Shown here: positions 38,720-50,394 of the stretch, in pieces
Numbering within the stretch: the stretch's first letter is position 1
Layout: each line of letters begins with the position of its first letter
Assembly (NCBI GenBank): GCA_977017645.1
Contig: OZ360225.1
Location: 53,692,001 to 53,756,000 of the forward strand
Direction of reading: 5' to 3'
DNA from: Torpedo marmorata
Lineage: Eukaryota
DNA length: 64,000 nt
Notes under the pieces: model-generated
What the model was told of the DNA's origin: nothing
What the model saw: only the letters and a program-made list of their open reading frames with translations
Database searches by the model: none
Translations under genes and position numbers: made by a program

Positions 38720-39399
38720 CCAGATCCAGCTCCAACAGAGTCATCAAGTTTTCAGGTGGCACAAGTGTAATTGGCCTCATCATCAACAACAATGAGTCGC
38801 ACTACAGAGAAGAAGTGGAAAATCTTGTGAAATGGTGCGAGAGTAACAACCTGAGTCTCAACGTGGACAAGACAAAGGAGATGATCATGGACTTCAGGAG
38901 GACCAGGAACGACCACCCTCCACTACACATTAATAACTCGATAGTGGAGAGAGTGGAGAGTACCAAGTTACTCAGAGTCCACTTAACAAGTGACCTATCC
39001 TGGACACACAACATCTCCTCACTTGTCAGGAAGACTGAAGTGGGCAAGGCTACTGGCCGCCATCATGCCAACTTTCTACAGGAGCTCTACTAAGCGTGTC
39101 CTGGCCGGCTGCAACACAGTGTGGTTCGGTTGCTGGAGAGAAGTGGATCGGAGGCCAATCCACAGGACTATAACAGTGGTAGAGAGGATCACTGGGGTCT
39201 CCCTCCCCCCCATCGATGTGATCTACCGGGATCGTTGTCTAAAGAGGGCACGCAAAATCGATGAGGGCTCCTACCACCCCACAAACAGCATCTTTCAGCT
39301 GCTCCCGTCGGGAAAGGGATACAGGAGTATCAGAGCCAGCACCACCAGGCTGAGAAACAGCTTCTTCCCACAGGCAGTGAGAATGCTGCATAACTAAAT
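38720..39399 (+). mobile_element. Rex/Babar LINE subfamily 2; its 3'UTR resumes at 42797-43025
   Basis: WCESNNLSLNVDKTKEMIMDFRR, LLPSGKGYRSI..RLRNSFFPQAVR; (aacttg)n tail at ~43003-43025. Confidence 0.85.
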
Positions 39400-39616
39400 C
39401 GGGGGTGACCAAACTTGCTTAACTTGCTTAAAAAGAGCCACATACGATAAACTTCAGATGTTTGAGAGCCGCAAGACATGAAAAAATATTACACGCATGT
39501 TTTTACTCTTACATGCATATTTTGTTACAAAAAATTATATAAAGATTAATTTATATAAATATTATATAATATAAATATTTATATATAATGTAATATAAAT
39601 CTATAAATATTATGGC

Positions 39617-40473
39617 TGTGTGGCCAGACACAATTCCAATGCTATCTACAAATTTGCCGATGACACCACGGTCGTCGGCAGAATCACAAACGGCAACGAG
39701 GAAGAGTACAGGAGAGAGATAGATCAGCTCGTTGAATGGTGTAACGACAACAACCTTGAGCTCAACATCAGCAAAACCAAGGAGATAATTGTGGACTTCA
39801 GGAGAAACTCAGGAGAACACAATCCAATCCTCATCGAGGGCTCAGTAGTGGAGAGGGTTAAGAACTTCAAATTCCTGGATGTCAACATCTCCGAGGATCT
39901 GTCCTGGAGCCTCCATGTTGATGCAATCATGAAGAAGGCTCGTCAGTGGCTATACTTTGTGAGGTGTCTGAGGAGATTCGGTATGTCACCGAAGACTCTC
40001 GTAAACTTCTACAGGTGTACCGTGGAAAGCATTCTGGCCGGTTGTCTCACTGTCTGATACGGAGGTGCCAAAGCTTAGGACAAGAAAAAACTCCAGAGGT
40101 TTGTTAACTTGGCCTGCAACATCATGGGCACCAGACTTTACTCCGAGGACTTCTACAAGAGGTGGTGTCTTAAGAAAGCCGCCTCTATCCTCAAGGACCC
40201 CCACCACCCAGGCCATGCCCTATTCACTCTGCTACTATCGGGAAATAGGTACAGGAGCCCAAAGACAAGCACTCAACGGCACAAGGACAGCTTCTTCCCC
40301 GCTGCCATCAGATTCCTGAATAATCAATGAACCAAAGATACTGCCTTACTTTTCGTGCACTATTATTTATATATTTTTGTAAGGTGCTTTATATGAATGT
40401 TTGCACTGTGATGCTGCCGCAAAACAACAAATTTCTTGACTTGTTCATGACAATAAATTCTGATTCTGATTCT
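39617..40473 (+). mobile_element. Rex/Babar LINE 3' part
   Basis: KFADDTTVVGRIT..SFFPAAIRFLNNQ*; (ttctga)n tail. Confidence 0.9.
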
Positions 40474-40564
40474 GAAGAAATACATGTACGTAATAATATT
40501 TATCCATGTCTGCAGTTTTTAAACTGCTAATTTTTATTAGTTTCAGTAATCAAAAAGTACACGT

Positions 40565-41832
40565 ATCGTATATACTCGTGTAATAGTCGAATTTTGTTGA
40601 CCAATTTTTTAAAATTTTTTTAATATTTTTATTGTTTAACATATAAACAAACATACAAGAAAAAAAAGAAAACATATAATCATACAAATTCAAAGGTTAA
40701 ACAAGCAAATTAAACTACATTAACCAGTTCCCAAGTTTAAATATAGAACAAGTTATGAATATGTTATAAATTCATGTTAAAACTCATATTCCAAATAATT
40801 GACTAAAATATAAGATTTTAAAAAATTTTTTTAAAAAAATGTCTAAAAGCTAATTCTAATCTAACCCCTCCCTCCATAAAAGGTTACCTTTATAACAAAG
40901 AAAAAAGAGAAAATGGATCAGATAGCGACCTCCAGACCTCGGACAGAGAATCCTCGGAACATTCACGTTTACTAATTCTTCCAATCATGATAGTATTCTA
41001 TAAATGGGCCCCATATCTTTAGAAATTGAAACTTTCTATCTTTAATATTATATCTAATTTTCTCCAAGCTCAGATAAGACATTACATCCTGCAACCACTG
41101 TCTATGTATCGGTGATGAATCATCTTTCCATTTCAATAAAATTGCTCGTCTGGCTATCAACGTGGAAAAAGTTAGAACTTTCTCCTGAGATGCAGACAGA
41201 AGTAAATTAGGTTCACGTGTAAACCAAACAAAGCAATTAACGGACATGGTTCTATTTTAATCTTAAAAATCATCGATAAAGTTTGAAAAATATCTTTCCA
41301 AAATCTCTCTAAATTTGGGCATTCCCAATACATATGAATCAGTGAGGCTTCAAAAATTTTACACTTCTCACATGTTGACCAATTTTTAGGGTAACATTTA
41401 GGGGGTCGACTATTACACGCATACTACTTTTGATCACGGTAAGTACCTGCGTCGTTTGAGGTGTCGGGAGCTTGGATGGGTGGGCGGGCGGCCGAGACCG
41501 GGTGGTAAGTCTGAGTTCGAAGGAGCTCTGATGAGCGGGTGGTCGGTGTCTCGGCGCGAGTCCGCAGTCGGAGCGTCAGGAGCTCGGATGGTCACGCAGG
41601 TGGCCGGGACCGGGTGGTAAGTCCAAGTTCTGTGCTTCGGGAGCTCGGATGGGTGGGTGGCCAAGGCCTAGGCGAGAGTCCCTGGTCGGGGCGTTGGGAG
41701 CTCCGGTGGGCGGATGGCTGGGGTCTAGACGGGAGTCTGCGGTTGAGGTGTCAGGAGCTCCGGAGGGCGGGCGGCCGGGGCCAAAAATAGGGGGTTCAAC
41801 TTTGACATGGTATCAACTATTACACGAGTATA
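40565..41832. mobile_element. Tc2/pogo-like MITE
   Basis: Inverted ends cgtatatactcgtgtaatagtcga / tcaactattacacgagtatat. The right end is interrupted by the insertion at 41833. Confidence 0.6.
40610..41372 (-). mobile_element. L1 3' fragment
   Basis: IARRAILLKWKD..LEKIRYNIKDR; 15-bp TSD tgttgaccaattttt at 40595-40609 and 41373-41387. Confidence 0.9.
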
Positions 41833-42639
41833 TTCAAGATTCAATTTATTGTCATGTAATAAAGACAGTGCAATATATTACATGAAATTTGTTTTCGACT
41901 GCCGTAAGGCAGACAGACTCACCATCGGCAGCAATTGCCTGAAATGCCTTCTACAGACAGAGAAAGAGAAGCAAAAGGGAATCTCCTCAGAGTCACCGAG
42001 TGTCCGTGGATTTGCCTCCAGTGCTTCCACAGCCTCCGCAGCCACACAGAGTCCAGTCCAAATCATCAGCAACCCGAGCTCCAGATCCGAACCTCCGACA
42101 CAATCAGGAACCCTTCAGTGCCTTCGGCACTCTCTCTCATCCCAGTTCCGATACCTGGTACCCCTTCAGCCAGTCTTGAGCCAGTCTCCAGCAGTCTGCA
42201 GCCCAGTGTGAATCCGTCGACCGCAGTCGCCAGCAGCCCGCAGACTGCATGGGTTATCCGCCTTGCGTCGCCAACAGCCCGCTGCCTGTGTGTCCTTCAG
42301 CCTCAGAGCCCCTCACTGGTCCGCCGCCGTGGTCACCGTCCCGTGGGTTGTCTCCTCTGCTTCTTCTTCTCAAACGGGGGTTGTTCTCCCTGTTTTCTGG
42401 TGCCCTGCGCCAGACTCTGCTTCGCCAGATTCTGCAACCCACCGTGGCACCGCCATCTTGGATGCAGACCCCACTGTCGCAGAGTCGGTTCCATTATCAG
42501 GCCGTTTAAACCCTGTACGGAGCTGACAGCAGTCGGACTGGGCAGTTGGACCCCGCGGGAGCGCTGTAACTCCACTCCCCGCTGTTCCGCACTAGTTGCA
42601 GCGCTGCCATTACAGCAGCTCTGGCAGCGCCGCCATTTT
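41833..42639 (-). mobile_element. Non-coding GC-rich non-autonomous retroelement, copy 3
   Basis: Minus strand starts AAAATGGCGGCGCTGCCAGAGCTGCT and ends catgacaataaattgaatcttgaa. Confidence 0.8.
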
Positions 42640-44332
42640 ACCGATAATAGCTGGTATACATACTAAATATTTTCAATAGCAAGCCATGCCCACTAAAACT
42701 ACCATTGTGAGCACCGGCTCATACGATTCCTGTCTCAGCCAACATATTTCTATGAGCCGCATATTATGTCAAGGGGCCACAATTTGGCTACCCCTGAACT
42801 AAATGAACTGCTCACACTAACCATACAAGACTCTATAATTTATTAAACAATATATATATTTTTTTATTTATGTATATTTATCCTGCATATGTATTGCTTG
42901 TCTGTATGTGTGGTATGTCTGGTTGTGTGTTTGCATATTTTGCACCGAGGACCAGAAAAAGCTTTTTCATTGAGTTGTACATGTGCAATTGGATGATAAA
43001 TAAACTTGAATTTGAACTTGAACTTAAATCTCTCCTGTACCCTTTCCAAAGCCTCCGTGTCCTTCTTGCAACAGGGTATTGCACACAATAATCCAAGTGC
43101 AGCCTTGCCAAAGTTTTATATAGCTGCAACATGAGTTCCTTACCCTTATACCTAATGCCCTGGCCAATGACAAAAAGCTCGCCATATGCCTTCTTTGCAA
43201 CTCTATCTATCATCTATGGACTTGGACACCCAGTTTCCTCTGCACATCAAGGCTGTTAAGAGTCCGGCCCTTAACTGTATCTGTAAGAGCTGTAAACTTA
43301 ATTACTTACCTTGGTCGCGGCGCTCCGATGGTCTCGGCGGGTTACGGAGGAGTCGCGGTGTTTGGTAGGCCGTGCTAGGCCTATTTAGTACTCTGCGCAT
43401 GCACGGGAGTGCCGATGGGCGCATGCGCAGTTGGAAATTGACGGCAGTGTGCGCGGTGGAGTGTGCGCGGTGGAGTATGTACGGTGGAGAATGCGCGGTG
43501 GAATATGCACATTAAGCATGTGCGAATCGGGAAAAAGAATAGAAAAAGATGGCGGCTTAGAGGAGGGTGAGTGAGATCGCCATATCTTTTATTGATCGTT
43601 TCATTGATGGTTTAAAGTCTTTAATGTCATTTCATTGAACATCTAAATACAGTCAAAGGAATCGTTTAAAGGAATTTATTAAACATCGTTATCAAGAACT
43701 GTTTATATTTCGTTTAAAGAAGATATTTAAGTCATTGAAGATTGCTGCAAGTCACGTGTGTAAATAAAGTTTTTTGAACATATCGGACTTTGTTAGTAAA
43801 TTAATTGAAACGCGTCAAGAACAAGTATTTCACCTAGCCTCCAAGTGACTATTTGTTGGATTGAAGTCACTGTATAATTAGTCAATAAAAGTGGTTATTT
43901 GGAACAGAAAATTGAAGGAAAGAAGATAGAATAATCTCTCCGTGCTTTGGACTGATATTTAAATTAAAATGGTGGCCATCTTGGAGATGCCTCGAGTTGG
44001 GGGCAGTTTGTAATCCACATCCATCTGCCATGAGTAACAGCCAGAGAGGGATTTAAAGCTTCAAATCTTATTGTAAAGTGTACTATAAATATGTTGGAGA
44101 AACCATTTTTGGAAAATCAGTGATATTATAGACGGATGTTGTGGTTGAAACTCGTTTGTGAATAGCAGCACATTACAGTCATCTGAAGTGGTAGGCATAA
44201 GTCTGTGGACTCCTTCTGTGTATCTTTGGCAAGTTAGAACACAGATTGGATTTGCTGCCACTGGTCCATTGGGGACTGTTGATTTGGCTAGTGTTGTGGA
44301 TGCTTAAAGGACAGTGGAACAAGACGAGTAAA

Positions 44333-46680
44333 ATGGCCGCAGCAGCCTTTGATTCAGCAGCCACTGATGTATCAGCAGCTGACGCAGCAACCGCTGATGT
44401 TGCTGTTAAGTACCAATATATTGAAGACATGAAGGTTGCGGATATTAAAAAAGAATTGAAGCGACTGAAACAAGATATAAGTGGAAAGAAAAAGGTTCTC
44501 ATCGCAAGATTGAAGCTGGCAAGGAAGAAGAGGCAGCTTTGTTAGATGAACAAGAAGATAACGTGGAAATGGCTGAAATTGTGTCACCAAATGAAGAGGA
44601 TGAAGAAAATGAAGAGGATGAAGATGCAAAGGATGTACAATTCGAATTGGAGAAGGAGGTAAGTAAGAAGATAACATATGACCTGCAGGATGAAATACAA
44701 GCAAGTGACAGTGTCTCAAATGCTGAAAGCAGGAGAAGCAAAAGAAGTTCTTGTTCGAGCTCCAGAGTTTCTCGTACTTCAAGTTCTGCATCGTCACGTA
44801 CAAAGATTGATGTTTACTTGGCCGCTCTTCTTGCACAACAAAAAACGCTTAAGGATAAACTTATTTTAGAACAAAATGAGGAGCAGCTAAAGGAGCAGAT
44901 AAGACAAAATGAGGAGCAGCTAAAGGATCAGATAAGACAAAAGGAGGAGCAGCTAAGAAAAAATGAGGAGCAGCTAAAGGAGCAGAAAAGACAAAATGAG
45001 GAGCAGCTAAAGGAGCAGGTAAGACAAAATGAGGAGCAGCTAAAGGAGCAGGTAAGACAAAATGAGGAGTAGATAAGGCAAGAGAAGGAGCAGCTAAGGC
45101 AGATAAAGGAACAGCAGGAGCTGGAAGTAAACATTACTATTGCCAAGGCAAAAAAGAAAGCAATAGAATGTTCAATGGTATCTGGTGCTGGAAGGAAATT
45201 ATCTCAAGTGTCTGATAACAAAAGGTCATATTTAAAAAAAGAGTCACAAGAAAAGAAACCAACCATAAGGGTAGATATTTTAGCACCAAGGGTACAAGAC
45301 TTGCAAATACAAGGGCAAATCCTTCAAGAGCATATTGGTATCGAGTCACATGTACCAGTGGTAACATCTGAAGACATAGCTGCGGCTTGGGTTCGGTCAA
45401 ACGATGCAGCTTCATTGTTATTTGAGTCAAGCATCAGAAATATGGAAGCAGCTACACCAGTGAGGTTTCCAGATACATTACCTGTAACAAGAGGCAGTGA
45501 ACAGAGCAATGTATTGTCATCCAAGGGAAGACAAAATGAAATTGCTGCATCATTGTTTCAGTTACAGTCTCTCTCTTCTTTACCCAAGAAAGAGATACAA
45601 ACTTTTGATGGTGATCCACTTCAGTACCAATCATTTATGAGATCTTTCAAACGCAATATTGAAAATAAATGCCAAGATCATGATGAATGTCTTTATTATT
45701 TGGAAATGTTCACAAAGGGACACCCAAAAGAACTTGTAAAGAGTTGTCAACATATGTCTTCAGTAAGAGCATTGGACAGAGCAAAGGCTTTACTAGATCA
45801 ACATTTTGGCAACAAGCATTGAATTGCTTTAGCTTATATGTATAAAGCTCTTAAATAGACATCAATAAAATAGAATGATGTAAAGGCTCTACAAGAATAT
45901 ACTCTATTTTTAAGAGGATGTTTTAATGCCATGGAAGATATCGATAATATTTGTGAGCTTGAAGTTCCTGGTAATATGCGAATCATCTTAGAAAAATTAC
46001 CTTACATTTTGTGGGATAGATGGAGAAATTTGGCTTGTGATTTACAAGAAAATTATGGTCGAAGAGCTACCTTAAAGGATTTGGTAAATTTTCTTGAACG
46101 ACAGGTGTACATTGAAACAGATCCAATATATGGAAATACCAGAGACAATTCAATGGGCAAAGATGTAAGGAGGTCTAACTCACAGCCTAGTCCGAAATTG
46201 AAAAGGAGTATTTTTGCTACTAATATGTCAATTATAAATAAAGAAAAAGACAAAGCAAATAAGGAAAAAGAAAGTTTGCCTGATGAAAAGAGTTGTTTGT
46301 TCTGTAAAGTTGGACATGCCCTGGAAATGTTTTTACGATTGGAAAAGAAGCAACATATTGAGAAGATCGCTTTCTTAAAGGAAAATGGAATATGTTTTAG
46401 CTGTCTGTGTAAAGGGCACATTAGTAAAAACTGCAAAAAGTGAATTAATTGTAACATATGTAAGTTGAAACATCCTAGAATGTTGCATTTCCATCAAAGA
46501 AACAAGGAAATGGAAAAGGAGCAAACAGAAACAAAGGAAATATCAGAAAACAATGTTATAACCTCAGTTCAGACAAGTAGTCTTACCGGGGCCGGTATAG
46601 ATAACTGAAAACTTTCAATACTGCCTGTACAAGTCAAGACCAAGAAAGGGGATGCAATAGTACATACATAAGCATTTCTC
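44333..46680 (+). pseudogene. BEL gag and start of protease (SAP-like domain, coiled-coil repeats, DUF1759-like region, Cys/His knuckles)
   Basis: MKVADIKKELKRLKQDISGKKKVLIARLK; LPKKEIQTFDGDPLQYQSF; CLFC..H; CFSCLCKGHISKNC; CNICKLKHP.MLH; ILPVQVK...AFL. One frameshift and about 7 stops. Confidence 0.85.
44868..45115 (+). repeat. 33-bp coding tandem repeat (QNEEQLKEQIR)n
   Basis: caaaatgaggagcagctaaaggagcagataaga, about 7 copies, in frame in gag. Confidence 0.9.
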
Positions 46681-49060
46681 TTTTTTTAAAAAATATTTTA
46701 TTTAAATTTTTTAAATCACAGAATACATAAAATAAAATGCAAAATTATCAAAATACATGTGATACATTTTCACCTGCCCTCCCTCCCCTCCCTAACCCTC
46801 CCACNNNNNNNNNNNNNNNNNNNNNNNNNNNNNNNNNNNNNNNNNNNNNNNNNNNNNNNNNNNNNNNNNNNNNNNNNNNNNNNNNNNNNNNNNNNNNNNN
46901 NNNNNNNNNNNNNNNNNNNNNNNNNNNNNNNNNNNNNNNNNNNNNNNNNNNNNNNNNNNNNNNNNNNNNNNNNNNNNAGAACAACTATAGACTAATTTTA
47001 TTGTGGAAGATAGGTTCACCAGTCAGATCTGATATCCAGAGAACTTCAAATCCTTAAATCAACAGTATTTATATATGGGCTCCATATTTTCAAAAAAAAA
47101 TGATATTTATACGTAAATTATAAGTAATTTTTTTCAAGTGGTATACATGAATGAAGTTCTGCATGCCATCTTTCTAACCCTAAACCTACATCAGATTTCC
47201 AAGTAGTAGCAATACATTTCTTTGAAACAGCTAAAGCAATTCGCAAAAATTCTATTTGATACATATTTAATTTCATCTTAATACTAATTCTTATAATATC
47301 TCCAAACAAAAATATCATAGGGTCCATTGGAAGTGTAATACTTAATACTTTATCTTAAAAAAATTTAAATTTCAACCAAAAATCATATATCTTTGGACAG
47401 AACCATGTAGAATGTACAAAAGAACCTTCCTCTCTATTACATCTAAAACATAAACCTGATAATGTTGAATTAAATTTCTTTAATTTTTTAGGCATTAAAT
47501 ATAATTGATGAAAAAAATTATATTACACTAATCTATATCTAACCTTAATAATCTTCGTCATACTTAGTTTACATAATTCTTTCCAATGTTCTGCATCTAT
47601 TGTTACATTCAGATCTGATTCCCATTTTAATCTTGATTTGTGAATTCCTAATTTAGACATTTTCCTCTGTAACAATCTATACATTTGAGAAATAAATTTA
47701 TTTACACCTCCATTAGTAACTAATAATTCCAGTTCACTCTGTCTTGGTAAAGTCAAACTATAACCCAACTTTACAACTAAAAATGCTCTAATTTGATCAT
47801 AAGCAAAAAGTGTTTTGTTTAATACATTAAACTTTTCTTTCATTCTTTGAAAAGTAATAAATTTACCAGCTTCAAAATAATCATTTATTTTCTTAATTCC
47901 CTTTTGGAACCAAATTTTAAATAATTGATTATCAACAGTAAATGGAATAAGTTTATTTTGATATAAAGGCATTTTTCAAGAAATTGACCCTTTCCCTCCT
48001 ATCTCCCTATCTACTCTATTCCATATTTCTAACAAATGTCTAAAAATAGGAGAATTCTTCCCTCTTGTTAATAATAATTTAGAATTCCATTTATAAATAA
48101 CTTCTTCTTTCAAATCTTCTCCTATATTATTTAGTTCTATTCTAATCCAAGCAGAAGATTTTCCTAAATCAAACATTTCATTAACAAATTTTAATTGAGC
48201 TGCTTTATAATAATTTTGAAAATTAGGAAGTTGTAAACCACCCATTTCATAATTCCAAGTTAATTTCTCCATACCTACTCTAGCCAACTTTCCTTTCCAC
48301 AAAAACTTCCTAATAATTAAATTTAAATCCTTAAAGAATTTTGGAGGAATTTCATAAGGAATTGATTGAAAAAGATATTGAATTATTGGAAAGACATTCA
48401 TTTTAATACAGTTTACCCTTAATATTAAAGTTATAGGTAAATCCTTCCAACTTTCTAAATCTTTTTTAATTTTCATAAATAATGGTAAATAATTTAATTT
48501 ATATAAATTAGCTAATTTTGTATCAATCTTTATTCCCAAATATTTAATTCCTTCCTTTGACCATTTAAATTGTGTAATTTCTTTACATTTACTATAATCC
48601 CCTTGTGTCAACGCCATAATTTCACTTTTATCAGAATTAATCTTATAACCAGATATCTCCCCATATTCTTTCAATAAAACATTCAATTGTATTAAAGAAG
48701 TAATGGGTTTTGTCATATAAATCAATACATCATCTACAAATAAACTAATTTTATGCTCTTCTTTTCCAACTTTAATACCTGCAATCTTAGTATCTTGTCT
48801 AATTAATTCTGCCAAAGGTTCTATTGCTAAAATAAACAATGCAGGCGACAAAGGGCATCCTTGTCTAGTTGACCTTGTCAAAGAAAATTTTGAAGAAATT
48901 TGTCCATTTGTCACCACTCTGGCAAATGGTTCTTTATATATAGTTTTAATCCAATTAATAAATGTAGTTCCAAAACCAAATTTCCCCAATACCTTAAATA
49001 AATAATTCCACTGTAATCTGTCAAAAGCCTTTTCAGCATCTAATGTTAATACTAATGATA
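46681..49060 (-). mobile_element. 5'-truncated L1 inserted into the BEL protease
   Basis: [18 protein letters not shown](V)DD through to the C-terminus and 3'UTR. No TSD seen. Confidence 0.9.
46805..46977. other. Assembly gap (N run)
   Basis: Run of n inside the L1 3'UTR. Confidence 1.
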
Positions 49061-49068
49061 GACATCAT

Positions 49069-50394
49069 TTGTCTTATCTGTGGAAGGTTTATTTACCTGG
49101 AATTAATTCTGAGATAGAAATGCTGATTGGTTCAGATGTGCCAAAGGTTTTGGAACCACTAGAAGTAATACAGAGTAGAAGGAATGGACCTTACGCTGTT
49201 AGAACCAAGCTTGGTTGGACGATCAATGGACCTTTGGAAAGAAATAATGATATTGCTCAGGAACAGTTAGCGATAAATATTAATAGGATTTCGGTTGTAA
49301 AAGTTGATGAGTTAAGCGAAGAGCAAAAGACTGTGAATAAGAAAATCACTTTTGAAGAAAAGAAAACAGATCAATGTGAAAATAAATCAAGGGTATTTAA
49401 AATAACATTGAAGGAATTATTTTCATCAGAAATGAATGAAAATGAAGTATTAGAAGATGTTGCAAATACTATTGATTATTCATGTGGAATTGAATCAGAT
49501 ACAGGAATAAAACAAGTGACTGAAAAAAAATCTGAAAGTAGATTTTGTAGTTCAGAGGTTACAACAGACAAAGTCAATGAAGAAATATTGCAATATGATG
49601 TAAAACTGGAGAACGCAAGAAAGTTTGCTGATGGAATAAACAAGAATGTGAATGATAATTTAATGCAATTGAATTCAGAAAACAAAATGTTGAAAGGGGA
49701 ATTGAAAATATTAGATAATCATGAAAACAGTAAACAGAAAGATTTAATTGTAAGTAAAATTCGCAAAGTCAGAAAGTGGAAGAAAAGAATAACTGCTGAA
49801 GAAATGAATACAGTTATTGAGGAAAGAGATTCAGCATTATCAAAATGTAAAAGGTTGGAGGAAGAGATTAATATTTTGAAAGAGAACAAGTTATTGGTTA
49901 ATAACACAAAACAGTTGACTATAGAAAACAATCAAGAATGTAAATTGAATGTTCAGCTACTAACAATGCAGAAAGAAAGTGATATTGCATTGCAGAAATG
50001 TAACAAGCAAGATGAAGAAATTAAAAATTTTCAAGTTTACCACAGCAGGGTTGACAATAGAAATATCAATGTATCACATGATATTTTCACTTCAGATCAA
50101 GTTATTAATTTCTCGGAAGGAACTGAGACTGAATTGAAAGTTGCAAATTTGGATTTGGAATTGCAGGAAAAGGCAATAGAAACCAGAGTGGTTAAAGAGA
50201 CTCATTTATTAAAATCGAGAGGATCAGATAAATATTCAAATTTTAGTTCTAAGAGTTTAAATTCTTCACATGAGAAGTGGAATGATGAAGAAAGGAATAA
50301 AGTGAAACGACATGCTGAAGAAGTGCCTCATGTTAAATTCAAAAGAAAAACTGTATCTATTTTGTCTGAGGAAGATTTGAGGTTTACTGGTTGA
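49069..50394 (+). CDS. Chimeric 441-codon ORF: BEL protease C-terminus fused to a non-RT coiled-coil region
   Basis: [37 protein letters not shown] is BEL protease. The rest is K/E/N-rich and lacks RT motifs. The same frame continues through stops into the integrase tail GDIVIIVND..PRN..RPINKVCLL (to ~50615). Confidence 0.7.
   Translation: MSYLWKVYLPGINSEIEMLIGSDVPKVLEPLEVIQSRRNGPYAVRTKLGWTINGPLERNNDIAQEQLAININRISVVKVDELSEEQKTVNKKITFEEKKTDQCENKSRVFKITLKELFSSEMNENEVLEDVANTIDYSCGIESDTGIKQVTEKKSESRFCSSEVTTDKVNEEILQYDVKLENARKFADGINKNVNDNLMQLNSENKMLKGELKILDNHENSKQKDLIVSKIRKVRKWKKRITAEEMNTVIEERDSALSKCKRLEEEINILKENKLLVNNTKQLTIENNQECKLNVQLLTMQKESDIALQKCNKQDEEIKNFQVYHSRVDNRNINVSHDIFTSDQVINFSEGTETELKVANLDLELQEKAIETRVVKETHLLKSRGSDKYSNFSSKSLNSSHEKWNDEERNKVKRHAEEVPHVKFKRKTVSILSEEDLRFTG
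49735..50202 (+). pseudogene. MIPOL1: Captured MIPOL1-like coding fragments inside the BEL element
   Basis: [54 protein letters not shown] matches my recollection of human MIPOL1 [72 protein letters not shown] matches LELQEKETEAKIAEKT. Not verified by search. Confidence 0.78.

Larger units (their letters stand above)
39400..42796. mobile_element. hAT (Charlie-like) MITE with nested insertions
   Basis: TIRs cgggggtgaccaaa / tttggctacccctg; 8-bp TSD AACTAAAT at 39392-39399 and 42797-42804. Confidence 0.85.

Noticed and set aside
46737-47057. ORFs containing X runs
   Set aside because: They span the assembly gap.
49735-50046. The true host MIPOL1 locus
   Set aside because: Partial, intron-free, without splice sites and enclosed by LTRs, so it is better explained as a captured copy.
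49069-50394. Possible env gene of the BEL element
   Set aside because: It lies upstream of the integrase tail, is fused to the protease, and has no signal peptide or transmembrane segment.
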